DNA from: a virus
Strand: one strand, 5' to 3'
Virus record (IMG/VR): IMGVR_UViG_3300004155_000002
DNA: 42,401 nucleotides
Both the position numbers and the translations under genes were made by a program. The notes beneath the pieces are model-generated. The model saw only the letters and a program-made list of their open reading frames with translations. It searched no databases and was not told the DNA's origin. Shown here piece by piece: positions 15,019-24,650 of the stretch; the first letter of the stretch is position 1, and each line of letters begins with the position of its first letter.

Positions 15019-16320
15019 ATGGGTATTTCAAATGTAGTGGACGTGCAGATCACGAGGGCAACACGGGTAGTCACTCAAGCGGGCTTTGGCACGATGCTCA
15101 TTGCCGGCACGAATGGGACTTTCCCTGAGCGAATCCGTTTCTATACCGATATTGACGGCGTAGCGGATGATTTCGCAACGTCCGACGCCGAATATAAGGC
15201 AGCGTCTGCAGCGTTTTCTCAGACTCCGAGCCCCACGAGGATCGCCATTGGCCGCCTCGATGCCAATACGCCGGCAGAGTACGTTCTCGATTTCAACCAA
15301 GACATGGCAGGTGCCGACTCGGTTTCTGTCACGGTCAATGGGACGGTCTGCACGGCGACTACATACGCCGCGCTCAAAACCGCAATCGAAGCCGTTGACG
15401 GAGTGGCATCGGCGACGCTGGTGGGAACCCCGACTTTCACGATCACCATTCTCGCGGAAGCCGACCGCACTTTGACGGTGTCCACCCTGGCGATCACATC
15501 GGTTGTGGGCCTAACGGGAATTCTTACGAATCCTACCCCTGGCGTGACCGTGCAGGACGGCCTCACCGAAATTCAGGCCGAATCCGACGACTGGTATGCA
15601 CTGGTGCTAACCGCTAAGACTTTTGCTATTCAATTCGAGGCCGCCCTGTGGATTGAAGCGCGCCGAAAGATCTTTGTGGCCCGGTCTTCCGATGCCAATA
15701 TTCTGGTTGGAAGCGCAACAAGCGACATCGCTTATGTGCTCAAAAACGCGGGACACGACCGCACGGCAGTCATTTACCACGCCCCCGTTACCGATGATTA
15801 TATCGACGCGGCCATTCTCGGGAAAATGCTTCCCGAAGATCCTGGCTCGGCCACATTCAAATTCAAAACCCTCGCGGCCGTTTCTGCCGATGTGCTCACC
15901 GCTTCCCAGGAAACTGCAGCGCTCGCCAAGAATGCCAACAACTATCAAACCGTTGGCGGCGTCAATATGTTTGCCGAGGGCAAGGTTGCCTCGGGTGAAT
16001 TTATCGACATCATTATTGGCGTCGATTGGCTTGAAGCGCGGATTCAGGAGCGGGTGTTTTCGAAGCTGGTGAATGCCAAGAAGGTGCCATACACCGATGC
16101 CGGCGCTGGCATTATCGAGAATGAAGTGCGCGCCCAATTGACTGAGGGTGTGCGCGTTGGCCTTCTGGCTGCCGATCCTGAATTCACGGTGACGGTTCCA
16201 AAGGTTGCCGACCAAAGCCCGACTGACAAGGGGAACCGCTATATGCCGGGCATTTCATTCGATGCCCCATTGGCTGGTGCCGTGCATAAAACTCGAATCA
16301 CTGGAACGGTTTCTATCTAA
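15019..16320 (+). CDS. Tail sheath protein (DUF3383-like)
   Basis: ATG 15019 has GGGAGAA upstream. 433 aa, immediately upstream of the tube gene. The N-terminus MGISNVVDVQITRATR is typical of DUF3383 sheaths, from memory. Confidence 0.75.
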   Translation: MGISNVVDVQITRATRVVTQAGFGTMLIAGTNGTFPERIRFYTDIDGVADDFATSDAEYKAASAAFSQTPSPTRIAIGRLDANTPAEYVLDFNQDMAGADSVSVTVNGTVCTATTYAALKTAIEAVDGVASATLVGTPTFTITILAEADRTLTVSTLAITSVVGLTGILTNPTPGVTVQDGLTEIQAESDDWYALVLTAKTFAIQFEAALWIEARRKIFVARSSDANILVGSATSDIAYVLKNAGHDRTAVIYHAPVTDDYIDAAILGKMLPEDPGSATFKFKTLAAVSADVLTASQETAALAKNANNYQTVGGVNMFAEGKVASGEFIDIIIGVDWLEARIQERVFSKLVNAKKVPYTDAGAGIIENEVRAQLTEGVRVGLLAADPEFTVTVPKVADQSPTDKGNRYMPGISFDAPLAGAVHKTRITGTVSI

Positions 16321-16335
16321 GAAAGGGTGTGAAAA

Positions 16336-16758
16336 ATGGCCGCAAAGACTTATGATCCTTCTCAGGTTGCCATCATTGTAGGCGGTTTTCAGGTGACTGG
16401 TTTCGCCGATGGCACGTTTCTGACGGTTGAGCGCAATGCCGACAATTTCGCCCTGTATATCGGCACCGATGGCGAGGGAACCCGCGCCAAGTCAAACAAC
16501 AAAAGCGGGCGAATGACTTTCACTCTGGCACAATCTTCCGATGCCAACGCTTTTTTGTCGGCCCTCGTGACTGCCGATGAGCTTTCAAACTCGGGCATTG
16601 TTCCCGTGCTGGTAAAGGATAACTCGGGTTCCTCGCTTTATTCTGCAGAAACCGCTTGGATCGTGAAACACCCCCCTGCAGAATTCGGGCGGGAAATCGG
16701 CACCAGGGAATGGATTCTTGAAACTGACAACCTCGCCGTGTTCACTGGCGGAAACTGA
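16336..16758 (+). CDS. Tail tube protein (DUF3277-like)
   Basis: 140 aa following the sheath gene. YDPSQVAIIVGGFQVTGFADGTFLTVERN matches the DUF3277 pattern, from memory. Confidence 0.75.
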   Translation: MAAKTYDPSQVAIIVGGFQVTGFADGTFLTVERNADNFALYIGTDGEGTRAKSNNKSGRMTFTLAQSSDANAFLSALVTADELSNSGIVPVLVKDNSGSSLYSAETAWIVKHPPAEFGREIGTREWILETDNLAVFTGGN

Positions 16759-16796
16759 TACAACGCCTCCCCGAATGGGGTTTGTGGAGACATAAC

Positions 16797-16825
16797 GGCG
16801 GGGCCTTCGCGGTTCCCGCCTTTTC
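16797..16825 (+). terminator. Intrinsic-terminator-like hairpin after the sheath/tube genes
   Basis: GGCGGG...CCCGCC stem (16797-16802 / 16815-16820) followed by TTTTC. It lies upstream of the preferred chaperone start. Confidence 0.45.
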
Positions 16826-16838
16826 ATTGGAGACACAT

Positions 16839-17243
16839 ATGCAGCACACACAAGAGAAAATTATCGACAATGTGAAATACACCACGACACAATTCCCGGC
16901 CACGAAAGGCATCAAGATGATGCATCGGCTGGGCAAGTTTATTTCTAACCCCATTGCCAAACTCGCCGGCATGGTCAAGCCCGGATCGAAGGCCCTTGAT
17001 TCCGAGGTGAGCGCCGAGGTTTTGGGCCAGGCCGTGCAGGCATTTTTCGAGTCATGCGATGAGGCGACCCTTGAATTGACCGTCAAGGAATTGCTCACGT
17101 CCACAACCAGGGACGGCAAGCCTATCGTTTTCGACATGGATTTTTGTGGGCAAATGGGGCATCTGTTCAAAGTTTTGGCGTTCGTCCTTGAGGTGAATTT
17201 CAAGGATTTTTTCTCAGGCATCGCCGCCCTCAAAAAATCATAG
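16839..17243 (+). CDS. Tail assembly chaperone (short, G-like product)
   Basis: ATG 16839 has GGAGA upstream. Position between tube and tape measure. Ends ...CTC AAA AAA TCA TAG. Confidence 0.65.
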   Translation: MQHTQEKIIDNVKYTTTQFPATKGIKMMHRLGKFISNPIAKLAGMVKPGSKALDSEVSAEVLGQAVQAFFESCDEATLELTVKELLTSTTRDGKPIVFDMDFCGQMGHLFKVLAFVLEVNFKDFFSGIAALKKS

Positions 17244-17446
17244 GTGACGGCTGTTACCAGCCGGGCCGGGCCAATGTAGAATGGGCGGTGTGGCGGGTGG
17301 TTTTGGCCGGTGCCGGCAGTTTGAGGGATATTGAAAGCCATTGGAGCATTGACGATCTGGCGGACGCAAACGAAGCGCTAGACATTCGGGACGAGGCCGA
17401 GGACGCAGCGCGAAAAAGACAAGAACGCGCAAGCAAAACGAGGTGA
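17232..17446 (+). other. Candidate -1 programmed frameshift site (AAAAAA at 17232-17237) and its -1 frame extension (GT-like chaperone product)
   Basis: The -1 frame is open from the A6 run to TGA 17444-17446. It encodes ...SLRDIESHWSIDDLADANEALDIRDEAEDAARKRQERASKTR and ends 3 nt before the tape-measure ATG. Confidence 0.55.
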
Positions 17447-17449
17447 TAA

Positions 17450-19480
17450 ATGGCCACAGTTCGGGAATTGGTTGTCAGTTTTGGTTTCGATGTGGACGAT
17501 GCCCCGCTACAAAAAATGGAGCGGGGACTTGAGGAAATCAAAACCGGATTGCTTGCCATTGGCGCGGCGGCAGTAGGTGCGGCGGCGAGCCTTTTTGGGA
17601 TTGCGAAAAGCACAGCTGACGCTGCCGCTGCCATAAAAAACACCTCAATTGCTCTCGGCGTCAACTATGACTCCCTGCAGCGCTTAGGGTACGCCGCTCA
17701 AATGAGTGGGGCCAGCCAGGAAATGCTGGCCGATGGCTTGCGCTTTTTGTCTCGTGCTGCCATGGATACCGCCGATTCAAACTCGGAAGCGTCAAAGGCG
17801 TTTCGGGCGCTCGGGATTTCCGCCAGGGACGCAAGCGGCAAGCTACGAGCCCCCGATGCATTGCTCGTGTCCATGGCCGACGCTTTCAAAAAGCTACCGC
17901 CAGGGGCCGAAAAGAGCGCCATGGCAATGCAGTTTTTTGGCCGCTCGGGCAATCAACTGGTGCAATTTCTGAACCAGGGATCGGACGGAATAAGAGCGCT
18001 CGGGGCCGAGGCCGAATCGCTCGGGTTCATCATGGACGAGGCAGCCGTTGAGGCGGGGGCCGCTTTTAACGATGAGCTTGATAGGCTTTCAGGCGTGGCG
18101 AAAGGCATCGCGCGAAGCATCGGCACGGGACTCATTCCCGTTATAATGGATCTCATGGTGGCCGTCCGGCAATGGATTTTGTCTAACAGGGAAATTCTGA
18201 AATCAAGAATTCAAGCATTTGTCGAAGTGTTGAGCAAATTCCTGCAGCAATTATGGCGCGTGTCCATGGCTGTTTGGCAGGTATTCCGCGCGCTGGTGAT
18301 CGCCATTGACTCGGTTGCGAAATCGGTGGGCGGGTTTACAACCGTGTTATCCGTCCTTGCCGGCGTTATGGGACTCTTCGCCCTCGGGCGTTTGGGCATG
18401 GCAATTTTCGACGTGGCGAAGGGTTTCATTGCCATTGGGCGCGCGGCCGTTATGGCCTGGCGCTCGGCATTGCTCGGGCCAGTTTTGATTGGGGCCGCCA
18501 TCGTAGCGGCGTTTTTGGTGATCGAAGATTTCATCGCATTCCTTGACGGCCGCCCCTCGGTGTTGGGTTTCCTTCTTAAAAACAAGGATCAGATTCTCGA
18601 AAAACTTTTTCGTTGGTTCGAACGCGCGAAAGAGATCGGATACAAAGCCATCCGCGCCCTCACCGTGGGCTTCCTCGAATTATTTGGCATTCCTCGCCAG
18701 GAAGCCGAGCGGGCGTTTGACTCGTTTGCTAATGCCGTTGATGGAGCGGTAGATCTCGCAATCGCCGCATTGGTGCCGCTGGGAGAGTTTCTTTTGGCCG
18801 GTATAGGGCAAGCGCTTGACGGGCTCATTTTGCTCGCTCAGGGCGTGGCTGAGGCGTTTGTGGCCATCGCCACAGATCCCCGCCAGGCGCTCACGGATTT
18901 CGCTGCAACAATAGGCGATGTGGTCAGGGGAGCCTTTCTTTCGCTCTTTGATGTGGCGGTCGCCCTCAAGGATCGGCTCATGGGGGCGCTCGCTGGAATT
19001 GGGGAGGCGATCCTTGGGGCGTTTTCCAAAATCAAGGATGTGCTCGCGGGCGCGGTGCAAGCCGTGGCCGATTCATTTTTGAGCATGCTCGGGGCCATCG
19101 GGGAGAAAATCCGGGGGGCCATAATCGATCCCGTGAAGGGTGCCGTTGCGGACGCTTTCGGTTTCCTTCGGGGGAAATTCGGAACCCTCGCGGCCCGCCT
19201 CGGGATCGATCTCGGCTCGCCCGAGGCCGACGCGCAAACAGCGCTCGCTCAGGTTGCCAGCGTTGCGAGCTCGCCCTTCCCTGGAATCACACCGGCCGCC
19301 ACGGTCGGCCCCTCCCCTGCAGGCGGGGCGGTGACAATGGAGTCAACGATCAACGTGACCGTTCCCCCCGGTACCGACGCGGCGGGAGTGGGCGAAGCGG
19401 TGCGGCAGGCAGCGGCCGAGGAATTCCAAAAAATCCTGCGACCGGCAGCGCGGGCCACGGTTCCCGGCGTATTCTATTAG
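17450..19480 (+). CDS. Tail tape measure protein
   Basis: 676 aa, Ala/Gly/Leu-rich with hydrophobic central segments. TP901-type core LGYAAQMSGASQEMLADGLRFL...FGRSGNQLVQFL. Confidence 0.88.
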   Translation: MATVRELVVSFGFDVDDAPLQKMERGLEEIKTGLLAIGAAAVGAAASLFGIAKSTADAAAAIKNTSIALGVNYDSLQRLGYAAQMSGASQEMLADGLRFLSRAAMDTADSNSEASKAFRALGISARDASGKLRAPDALLVSMADAFKKLPPGAEKSAMAMQFFGRSGNQLVQFLNQGSDGIRALGAEAESLGFIMDEAAVEAGAAFNDELDRLSGVAKGIARSIGTGLIPVIMDLMVAVRQWILSNREILKSRIQAFVEVLSKFLQQLWRVSMAVWQVFRALVIAIDSVAKSVGGFTTVLSVLAGVMGLFALGRLGMAIFDVAKGFIAIGRAAVMAWRSALLGPVLIGAAIVAAFLVIEDFIAFLDGRPSVLGFLLKNKDQILEKLFRWFERAKEIGYKAIRALTVGFLELFGIPRQEAERAFDSFANAVDGAVDLAIAALVPLGEFLLAGIGQALDGLILLAQGVAEAFVAIATDPRQALTDFAATIGDVVRGAFLSLFDVAVALKDRLMGALAGIGEAILGAFSKIKDVLAGAVQAVADSFLSMLGAIGEKIRGAIIDPVKGAVADAFGFLRGKFGTLAARLGIDLGSPEADAQTALAQVASVASSPFPGITPAATVGPSPAGGAVTMESTINVTVPPGTDAAGVGEAVRQAAAEEFQKILRPAARATVPGVFY

Positions 19481-19491
19481 AGGGGTGAGCG

Positions 19492-20058
19492 ATGAGCCTT
19501 TTGAGCCTAGTCTATGGCACGAAAAGAAAACTGCAGATCGCAACAATCGAGGTTGACGTTGCGATCACTGAAAGCCACGAAACCGACTGTGATGTGACCG
19601 AGAATCCCGTTGAGGACGGGGCGAATATCACCGATCATGTTCAGGTGAAACCCGCGAAACTGACAATCGAAGGGTTGGTTTCCGACACTCCAATCAAATT
19701 CCTGCAGGGCTTGCGAAGTCTGTTTGATGATAACCGGAGCCGCAAAACATATGAGGAATTGCTCGCCATTCAGCAAGCCAGGGAACCAATAAGTGTGATC
19801 ACTGGCCTGAAGCAATACGAGAATATGATCCTCAAAACCCTAACCATTCCTCGCTCGGTTGACACTGGCCGGGCGCTTCGATTCAGCGCTCTATTTCAGG
19901 AAGTGCGAATTGTGGAAAGCCGAACTATTGCCATTAGCTCAGATCCACAGTTTCAAAACAAATCTTCGCTCGGAAAAGCGAGTCCCCAGACACCCGCGCA
20001 AAAGGTGCAAACGGACTCGGGATCACTTCTCTCACGCTTAACCGGGTTGAGGGGTTAA
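19492..20058 (+). CDS. Baseplate/tail hub-proximal protein (Dit-like)
   Basis: First gene after the tape measure. IATIEVDVAITESHETDCDVTENPVEDGANITDHV resembles the Dit-like N-terminal domain, from memory. Confidence 0.45.
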   Translation: MSLLSLVYGTKRKLQIATIEVDVAITESHETDCDVTENPVEDGANITDHVQVKPAKLTIEGLVSDTPIKFLQGLRSLFDDNRSRKTYEELLAIQQAREPISVITGLKQYENMILKTLTIPRSVDTGRALRFSALFQEVRIVESRTIAISSDPQFQNKSSLGKASPQTPAQKVQTDSGSLLSRLTGLRG

Positions 20059-20059
20059 C

Positions 20060-20383
20060 ATGGCCACGATACAAATCCCGCTCAGAAATGATCTCGACGC
20101 TTTTGATTTCAATGTGGCACTTGAGGGTCGCACCTTCAATTTCGAGGTGCAATGGAACACCCGCGCGGAGCAATGGAGTCTGATAGTCCGCAATGACTCT
20201 CAGGTTGAACTAGTGGGCGGCGTTCCCCTGGTTGTCAATTCAGATCTTCTCGGGCGATTTGTCAATGTTGCCCTCCCTCCCGGCGTGCTCATTTTGTTCG
20301 ACACTTCTGGACTCAATGCAGAGTGTGCAAAGGCGGATCTCGGAGTGCGGTGTGTCATGCTATATCAGGAGTCGGAAGCATGA
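20060..20383 (+). CDS. Baseplate plug-like protein
   Basis: 107 aa. FDFNVALEGRTFNFEVQWNTRAEQWSLIVRNDS resembles small plug proteins of simple myovirus baseplates, from memory. Confidence 0.45.
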   Translation: MATIQIPLRNDLDAFDFNVALEGRTFNFEVQWNTRAEQWSLIVRNDSQVELVGGVPLVVNSDLLGRFVNVALPPGVLILFDTSGLNAECAKADLGVRCVMLYQESEA

Positions 20384-21225
20384 GGCAATACATACGGGCG
20401 TGCCGGCTTCGAATCGGCTCAACTGGCATGCTAGAAAAAGAGTATCTTGGTTTTCGCGTTACCTTCAAGGTGGAAAAAAACCTTGAATCAAACCCAAACA
20501 CGGCGGCCATTTCCATCTACAATTTGAGCGACACTTCCCGCGCGAGAATTGAAATGAAGGATGCCATTTGTTCCCTTGATGTAGGGTACGGCGATGAGTT
20601 CGAACAGATCTTTTTTGGAACGATTGCGAAGGCATTCACCAAAAAGGTAGGGCCGGATCTCATAACAGAAATCGAATGTGGGGACGGGGAAAAGGCATAC
20701 CAGCAAGCGAAAATAGATCTCTCATTTCCTCCCGGCGCAACCATTCAGCAAGTATTGGATAAGGTGACTGCCAGCATGCGCGAAGTCACGAGCGGCGGTG
20801 TCACCTCGGTAAAAACCTTCCTTCTCAATCAATTCAAATCATTCGGCACGGGCGCGGTTTTTTCTGGATCTGCGAAGGACACGCTTGACTCCCTCACAAA
20901 AAGCGTTGGCCTTGAGTGGTCAATTCAGGATGGTGAAATCCAATTCCTGGAAACAAATACCGGCACGCAGGAAGAGCAATTTGTGGTCAATTCAAACACT
21001 GGCCTGATCGGATCGCCAGGAAAAATCAAGGCGGCGGCGGCCTCGGGCGACACCAACGGGATCACTTTTGATATGTTACTGCAGCCGAAACTCAGGCCGG
21101 GCCGACTCATTCAAATCGAGTCAGCGAATATTGCGGGAACCTACCGCGTGACTAAAATCAGTCACGAGGGAGACAATTTCGGTGGCACTTGGCTTACAAA
21201 ATGTGAGGGGTATCTGCCGCAATGA
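20380..21225 (+). CDS. Baseplate hub protein
   Basis: ATG 20380 overlaps the upstream stop (ATGA). Position and RVTFKVEKNLESNPNTAAISIYNLS motif. Trimmed from track ORF 20323-21225. Confidence 0.5.
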   Translation: MRQYIRACRLRIGSTGMLEKEYLGFRVTFKVEKNLESNPNTAAISIYNLSDTSRARIEMKDAICSLDVGYGDEFEQIFFGTIAKAFTKKVGPDLITEIECGDGEKAYQQAKIDLSFPPGATIQQVLDKVTASMREVTSGGVTSVKTFLLNQFKSFGTGAVFSGSAKDTLDSLTKSVGLEWSIQDGEIQFLETNTGTQEEQFVVNSNTGLIGSPGKIKAAAASGDTNGITFDMLLQPKLRPGRLIQIESANIAGTYRVTKISHEGDNFGGTWLTKCEGYLPQ

Positions 21226-21968
21226 CAACGGAAAACCCGACACTTCAGGCACTTCTGAAAAACGCAATCGAGGCGCGCTTAACCGATCTACATGTGGCAC
21301 TACCCGGCATTGTGCAAACCTATGACGCGGCGAAACAGACGGCCGACGTTCAACCAGCGCTACAAAAAAAGTACGCCGATAGCGCGGTGACAAATCTCCC
21401 CCTCATTTCCAACGTGCCGGTCTGCTTCCCGCGCTCGGGCGTGGGTTTCCTGCACTTCCCTTTGAAGCGTGGCGATCAGGTTTTGCTCGTGTTTGTCGAA
21501 CGCAGTGTTGATATTTTCCGGCAGCGTGGCGGCGTGGTTGATCCGGATGATTTCCGAAAGCATCATTTGTCAGATGCCATTGCCCTCCCTGGATTCTATC
21601 CGGACGCTGGCGCATTCGCTGGTGTGGACGGGCAAGCGGATCTGGTGAACGGTGCCGCAAAATTGACGCTCAAGGAAAGCGGGGAAATTCTCATGGGCGG
21701 GGCAACCAGCACGCCCGCCGAGAACGTGGTGCTAGGCAAAATCCTGCAGCAATACCTCAAGGATATTCACACACAATTGGCCGCAATCCTTGACGTGCTC
21801 ATTGCAGGCGATCATGTGATTGTCACCTCGCCCGGCAATCCTACGGCCCCGAATCCAGCCAAGGCATTGCTTTTGACCAACGCGAAGGTAGCGCTTGAAG
21901 CACTCAAGGCCAGTCCCATTAGTGACAGCGGGATTCTGTCTGATATTCTATTCACAGAAAAGGGGTGA
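21222..21968 (+). CDS. Baseplate central spike protein (Gp138 N-terminal / gpV-like)
   Basis: ATGA overlap. LPGIVQTYDAAKQTADVQPAL...VPVCFPRSG...GDQVLLVF matches the Gp138-like OB-fold pattern. Confidence 0.6.
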   Translation: MTTENPTLQALLKNAIEARLTDLHVALPGIVQTYDAAKQTADVQPALQKKYADSAVTNLPLISNVPVCFPRSGVGFLHFPLKRGDQVLLVFVERSVDIFRQRGGVVDPDDFRKHHLSDAIALPGFYPDAGAFAGVDGQADLVNGAAKLTLKESGEILMGGATSTPAENVVLGKILQQYLKDIHTQLAAILDVLIAGDHVIVTSPGNPTAPNPAKALLLTNAKVALEALKASPISDSGILSDILFTEKG

Positions 21969-21972
21969 GAAA

Positions 21973-22194
21973 ATGGCAATGACGGGCGCTGGCCTTTTTG
22001 CAGCGGTCAAAACGAAACTCGGGACGGCCCAAGACAGTGCCATTCAGGAGGCCGCTTTGAAGCCCATTTGTGAGGCGATCGTTGAATACATCACGGGGAA
22101 TGCAGCGGTGAGCGTATCGGTTCCCGCCGCAGGAATTCTAGCGCCGAACGGGCCATGTACGGGCTCGGCTTCGGGCACCGGCACCGTGGCTTAG
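21973..22194 (+). CDS. Hypothetical small baseplate-module protein (73 aa)
   Basis: ATG 21973 has GGGGTGAGAA upstream. Trimmed from track ORF 21895-22194. Confidence 0.45.
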   Translation: MAMTGAGLFAAVKTKLGTAQDSAIQEAALKPICEAIVEYITGNAAVSVSVPAAGILAPNGPCTGSASGTGTVA

Positions 22195-22202
22195 GAGGGC
22201 GC

Positions 22203-22559
22203 ATGGATCTGAAACTGGATTCTGTCACAAAAGATATTCAGATTGTGGACGGCGAGCCCGCTTTGACATCGGGAATTGACGCCATTCGCCAGCATTTACA
22301 AATGAGACTGAGCACATTTCGCGGAGAGTGGTTTATTGATCCCACGGTTGGCGTGCCATATTTTGACGATGTGTTCAAGAAAAACCCGGATCTCACGATC
22401 CTGAACGCTGTATTTACAAAGGCAATACTCGACACTCCGGGGGTGCTTTCTTTAAATACACTTTCATTTGACCTTCAGACAGACCGATCTCTTGTGGTCA
22501 CATTCCAGGCGACCACTACCGACGGCGTGTTGTCGTATTCTGGCCTGGTGGGAGTTTAA
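22203..22559 (+). CDS. Baseplate wedge protein (gpW/gp25-like)
   Basis: ATG 22203 has GGAGGG upstream. AIRQHLQMRLSTFRGEWFIDPTVGVPYF matches the W/gp25-type pattern. Confidence 0.6.
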   Translation: MDLKLDSVTKDIQIVDGEPALTSGIDAIRQHLQMRLSTFRGEWFIDPTVGVPYFDDVFKKNPDLTILNAVFTKAILDTPGVLSLNTLSFDLQTDRSLVVTFQATTTDGVLSYSGLVGV

Positions 22560-22561
22560 GC

Positions 22562-24058
22562 ATGACAGCATACGGGTTAACAGATACCGGCTTCATAAAG
22601 AAACGACAGCCAGAAATCAAAGCCGAACTAGAAATATCCTTCCGAACCCTTTTCGGCGCGGGTGTCAACCTTCTCCCAACGTCTATTTTCGGGCAAATTG
22701 TTGGAATATTTTCCGAGCGGGAAGCGCTACTCTGGGAACTTTTGGAAGACCTGTACAATTCCAATTTTCCCGATACCGCCAGCGGTGCGAGCCTTGACAA
22801 CGCCGTTGCCCTCACGGGAACCTCCCGCCTTCCTGCCACGTTTTCCTCGGTCACGGCTCGGGTGTTTGGAACCCTCGGCACACTCATACCAGCCAACTCG
22901 ATTTTTTCCGTGGTAGGCGTGCCCGCCAACCGCTTTGTTGCGCTGCAGTCGGGCACGGTTCACGCTGGTATCAATGAGGTTCAAACAATTTCATTCTCGG
23001 CAACGCCCGCCTCGGGCGCATGGCAGATCACGTTCGACGGCCAGGCCACGGCCTCCCTAGCATTCAACGCGAGCAACGGCACGATACAAACGGCGCTCAA
23101 TGCCTTGAGCAATTTGAGCGGCGTGGTTGTCTCGGGCTCATATTCTGGCGGCATTGTCTTAACCTTCGCAGGATCGGACGGCGAACAGGATCAGCCCCTT
23201 GTGACCATTTCGGCGAACACCCTGCAGGACGGTGGATCGGCCGCAATCACGGTAACGCCAGCGGAAACCCAAAAGGGATTCCTTCCGCATATCGATCTGG
23301 AATGCCGCGCGGAAACCACGGGGGCCGTAGCTGCAGCGGCGGGAACCTTGACCGTCATTGAAACCCCGCTTTTTGGCCTTGACAGCGTGACAAATTTGCT
23401 TGACGCGGTTGTGGGCAGGAATCGCGAAACGGACGCCGAGCTTCGCTTGCGACGGCTTGAATCCCTGCAGCGTGCGGGAACCTCAACGGTCAACGGGATC
23501 GTGACAACCATTCGACAGCTAACTGGCGTCGATACGGCGTTTGTTTTCGAGAACAACACCGATGTAACGGACGGTGACGGACGCCCGCCACACAGCTATG
23601 AAGTGTTCGTACAGGGCGGCACAAATCAAGAAATATTCGAGACAATATGGGAAACAAAACCCGCCGGAATTCAGACGTTCGGAAACCTCACCGGCAGCGT
23701 GATTGACTCTCAGGGATTTTCTCAGACGGTGAAATTCTCGCGGCCGAACGAGGTTTTGATCTACCTCGGAATTGAACTGGTAGTGAATACCGATCCGAGC
23801 GAACCGGGCGGCGTATATCCGACGAATGGTGACGATCTGGTGCGCGATGCCATTCTCGCATATGGCGCTGGTTTTGAAATCGGACAGGACGTGGTTTTGC
23901 CGCGTTTCTTCACGCCGATAAACACAATCCCCGGCATTGTCGAGATCGTCATAAAGGCGGACACCACACCAGCCCCCTCGGCCACATCAAACATTTCCAT
24001 TGACGGCACCGAGTACGCTCGGTTTGATGCCTCGCGGACAACGGTGGTGAGCGTATGA
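22562..24058 (+). CDS. Baseplate J-like protein
   Basis: 498 aa following the gpW-like gene. The N-terminus GFIKKRQPEIKAELEISFRTLFG...SIFGQIVGIFSEREALLWE is typical of gpJ/gp47 family proteins. Confidence 0.75.
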   Translation: MTAYGLTDTGFIKKRQPEIKAELEISFRTLFGAGVNLLPTSIFGQIVGIFSEREALLWELLEDLYNSNFPDTASGASLDNAVALTGTSRLPATFSSVTARVFGTLGTLIPANSIFSVVGVPANRFVALQSGTVHAGINEVQTISFSATPASGAWQITFDGQATASLAFNASNGTIQTALNALSNLSGVVVSGSYSGGIVLTFAGSDGEQDQPLVTISANTLQDGGSAAITVTPAETQKGFLPHIDLECRAETTGAVAAAAGTLTVIETPLFGLDSVTNLLDAVVGRNRETDAELRLRRLESLQRAGTSTVNGIVTTIRQLTGVDTAFVFENNTDVTDGDGRPPHSYEVFVQGGTNQEIFETIWETKPAGIQTFGNLTGSVIDSQGFSQTVKFSRPNEVLIYLGIELVVNTDPSEPGGVYPTNGDDLVRDAILAYGAGFEIGQDVVLPRFFTPINTIPGIVEIVIKADTTPAPSATSNISIDGTEYARFDASRTTVVSV

Positions 24059-24642
24059 CAATCACAAAAATCACCACACACCTCACCGATGCCATTGGGC
24101 GCATGTTGTATCAATTCCGGGGCCTCGCAGGGGCCGAGGGATTGGTTGGGATGCATGGAACGCAAGCTCAGGATGTAGAGGACGCGGGTTTTGATTTCCT
24201 CGCGAAACTACCGCTTCAGACCGCAACCGGGGCCGTGCTGGATCGTTGGGGCATAGTTCTTGATGAGCCCCGCAACGGCGCAACGGATGCCAACTATAGG
24301 GCGCTTTTGTTTTTCAAAGTCTCGAAAAATATTTCGAATGGAACGCCCGAGGAATTGATTTCGATCCTTCAGCAGTTGATGCAAGGAGACGCGGTTGAAT
24401 TTGTTGAGGACTTCCCCGCCGCGCTGCACATGACAATCATCAATCCGACGAACCCGGCAGATCCCGCCCTCATATTTTCGCAAATGCAACAAATGTGTCC
24501 GGCTGGTGTTCGGCTCAACTACCTCGCGGCCGGGTATTCGGATCACCCGTTCGCGTTTCTCGGCAATCCCAACCCGCAAGCATTAGGTTTCAGTTCGGCA
24601 CCAGGGGCCGATGATGGCGGCCAATTTGTTTCAATCCTATGA
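24055..24642 (+). CDS. Baseplate wedge / tail protein (DUF2612, gpI-like)
   Basis: ATGA overlap with the J-like gene. LDRWGIVLDEPRNGATDANYRALLFFKV matches the DUF2612 pattern, from memory. Confidence 0.55.
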   Translation: MTITKITTHLTDAIGRMLYQFRGLAGAEGLVGMHGTQAQDVEDAGFDFLAKLPLQTATGAVLDRWGIVLDEPRNGATDANYRALLFFKVSKNISNGTPEELISILQQLMQGDAVEFVEDFPAALHMTIINPTNPADPALIFSQMQQMCPAGVRLNYLAAGYSDHPFAFLGNPNPQALGFSSAPGADDGGQFVSIL

Positions 24643-24650
24643 GGTGAATC

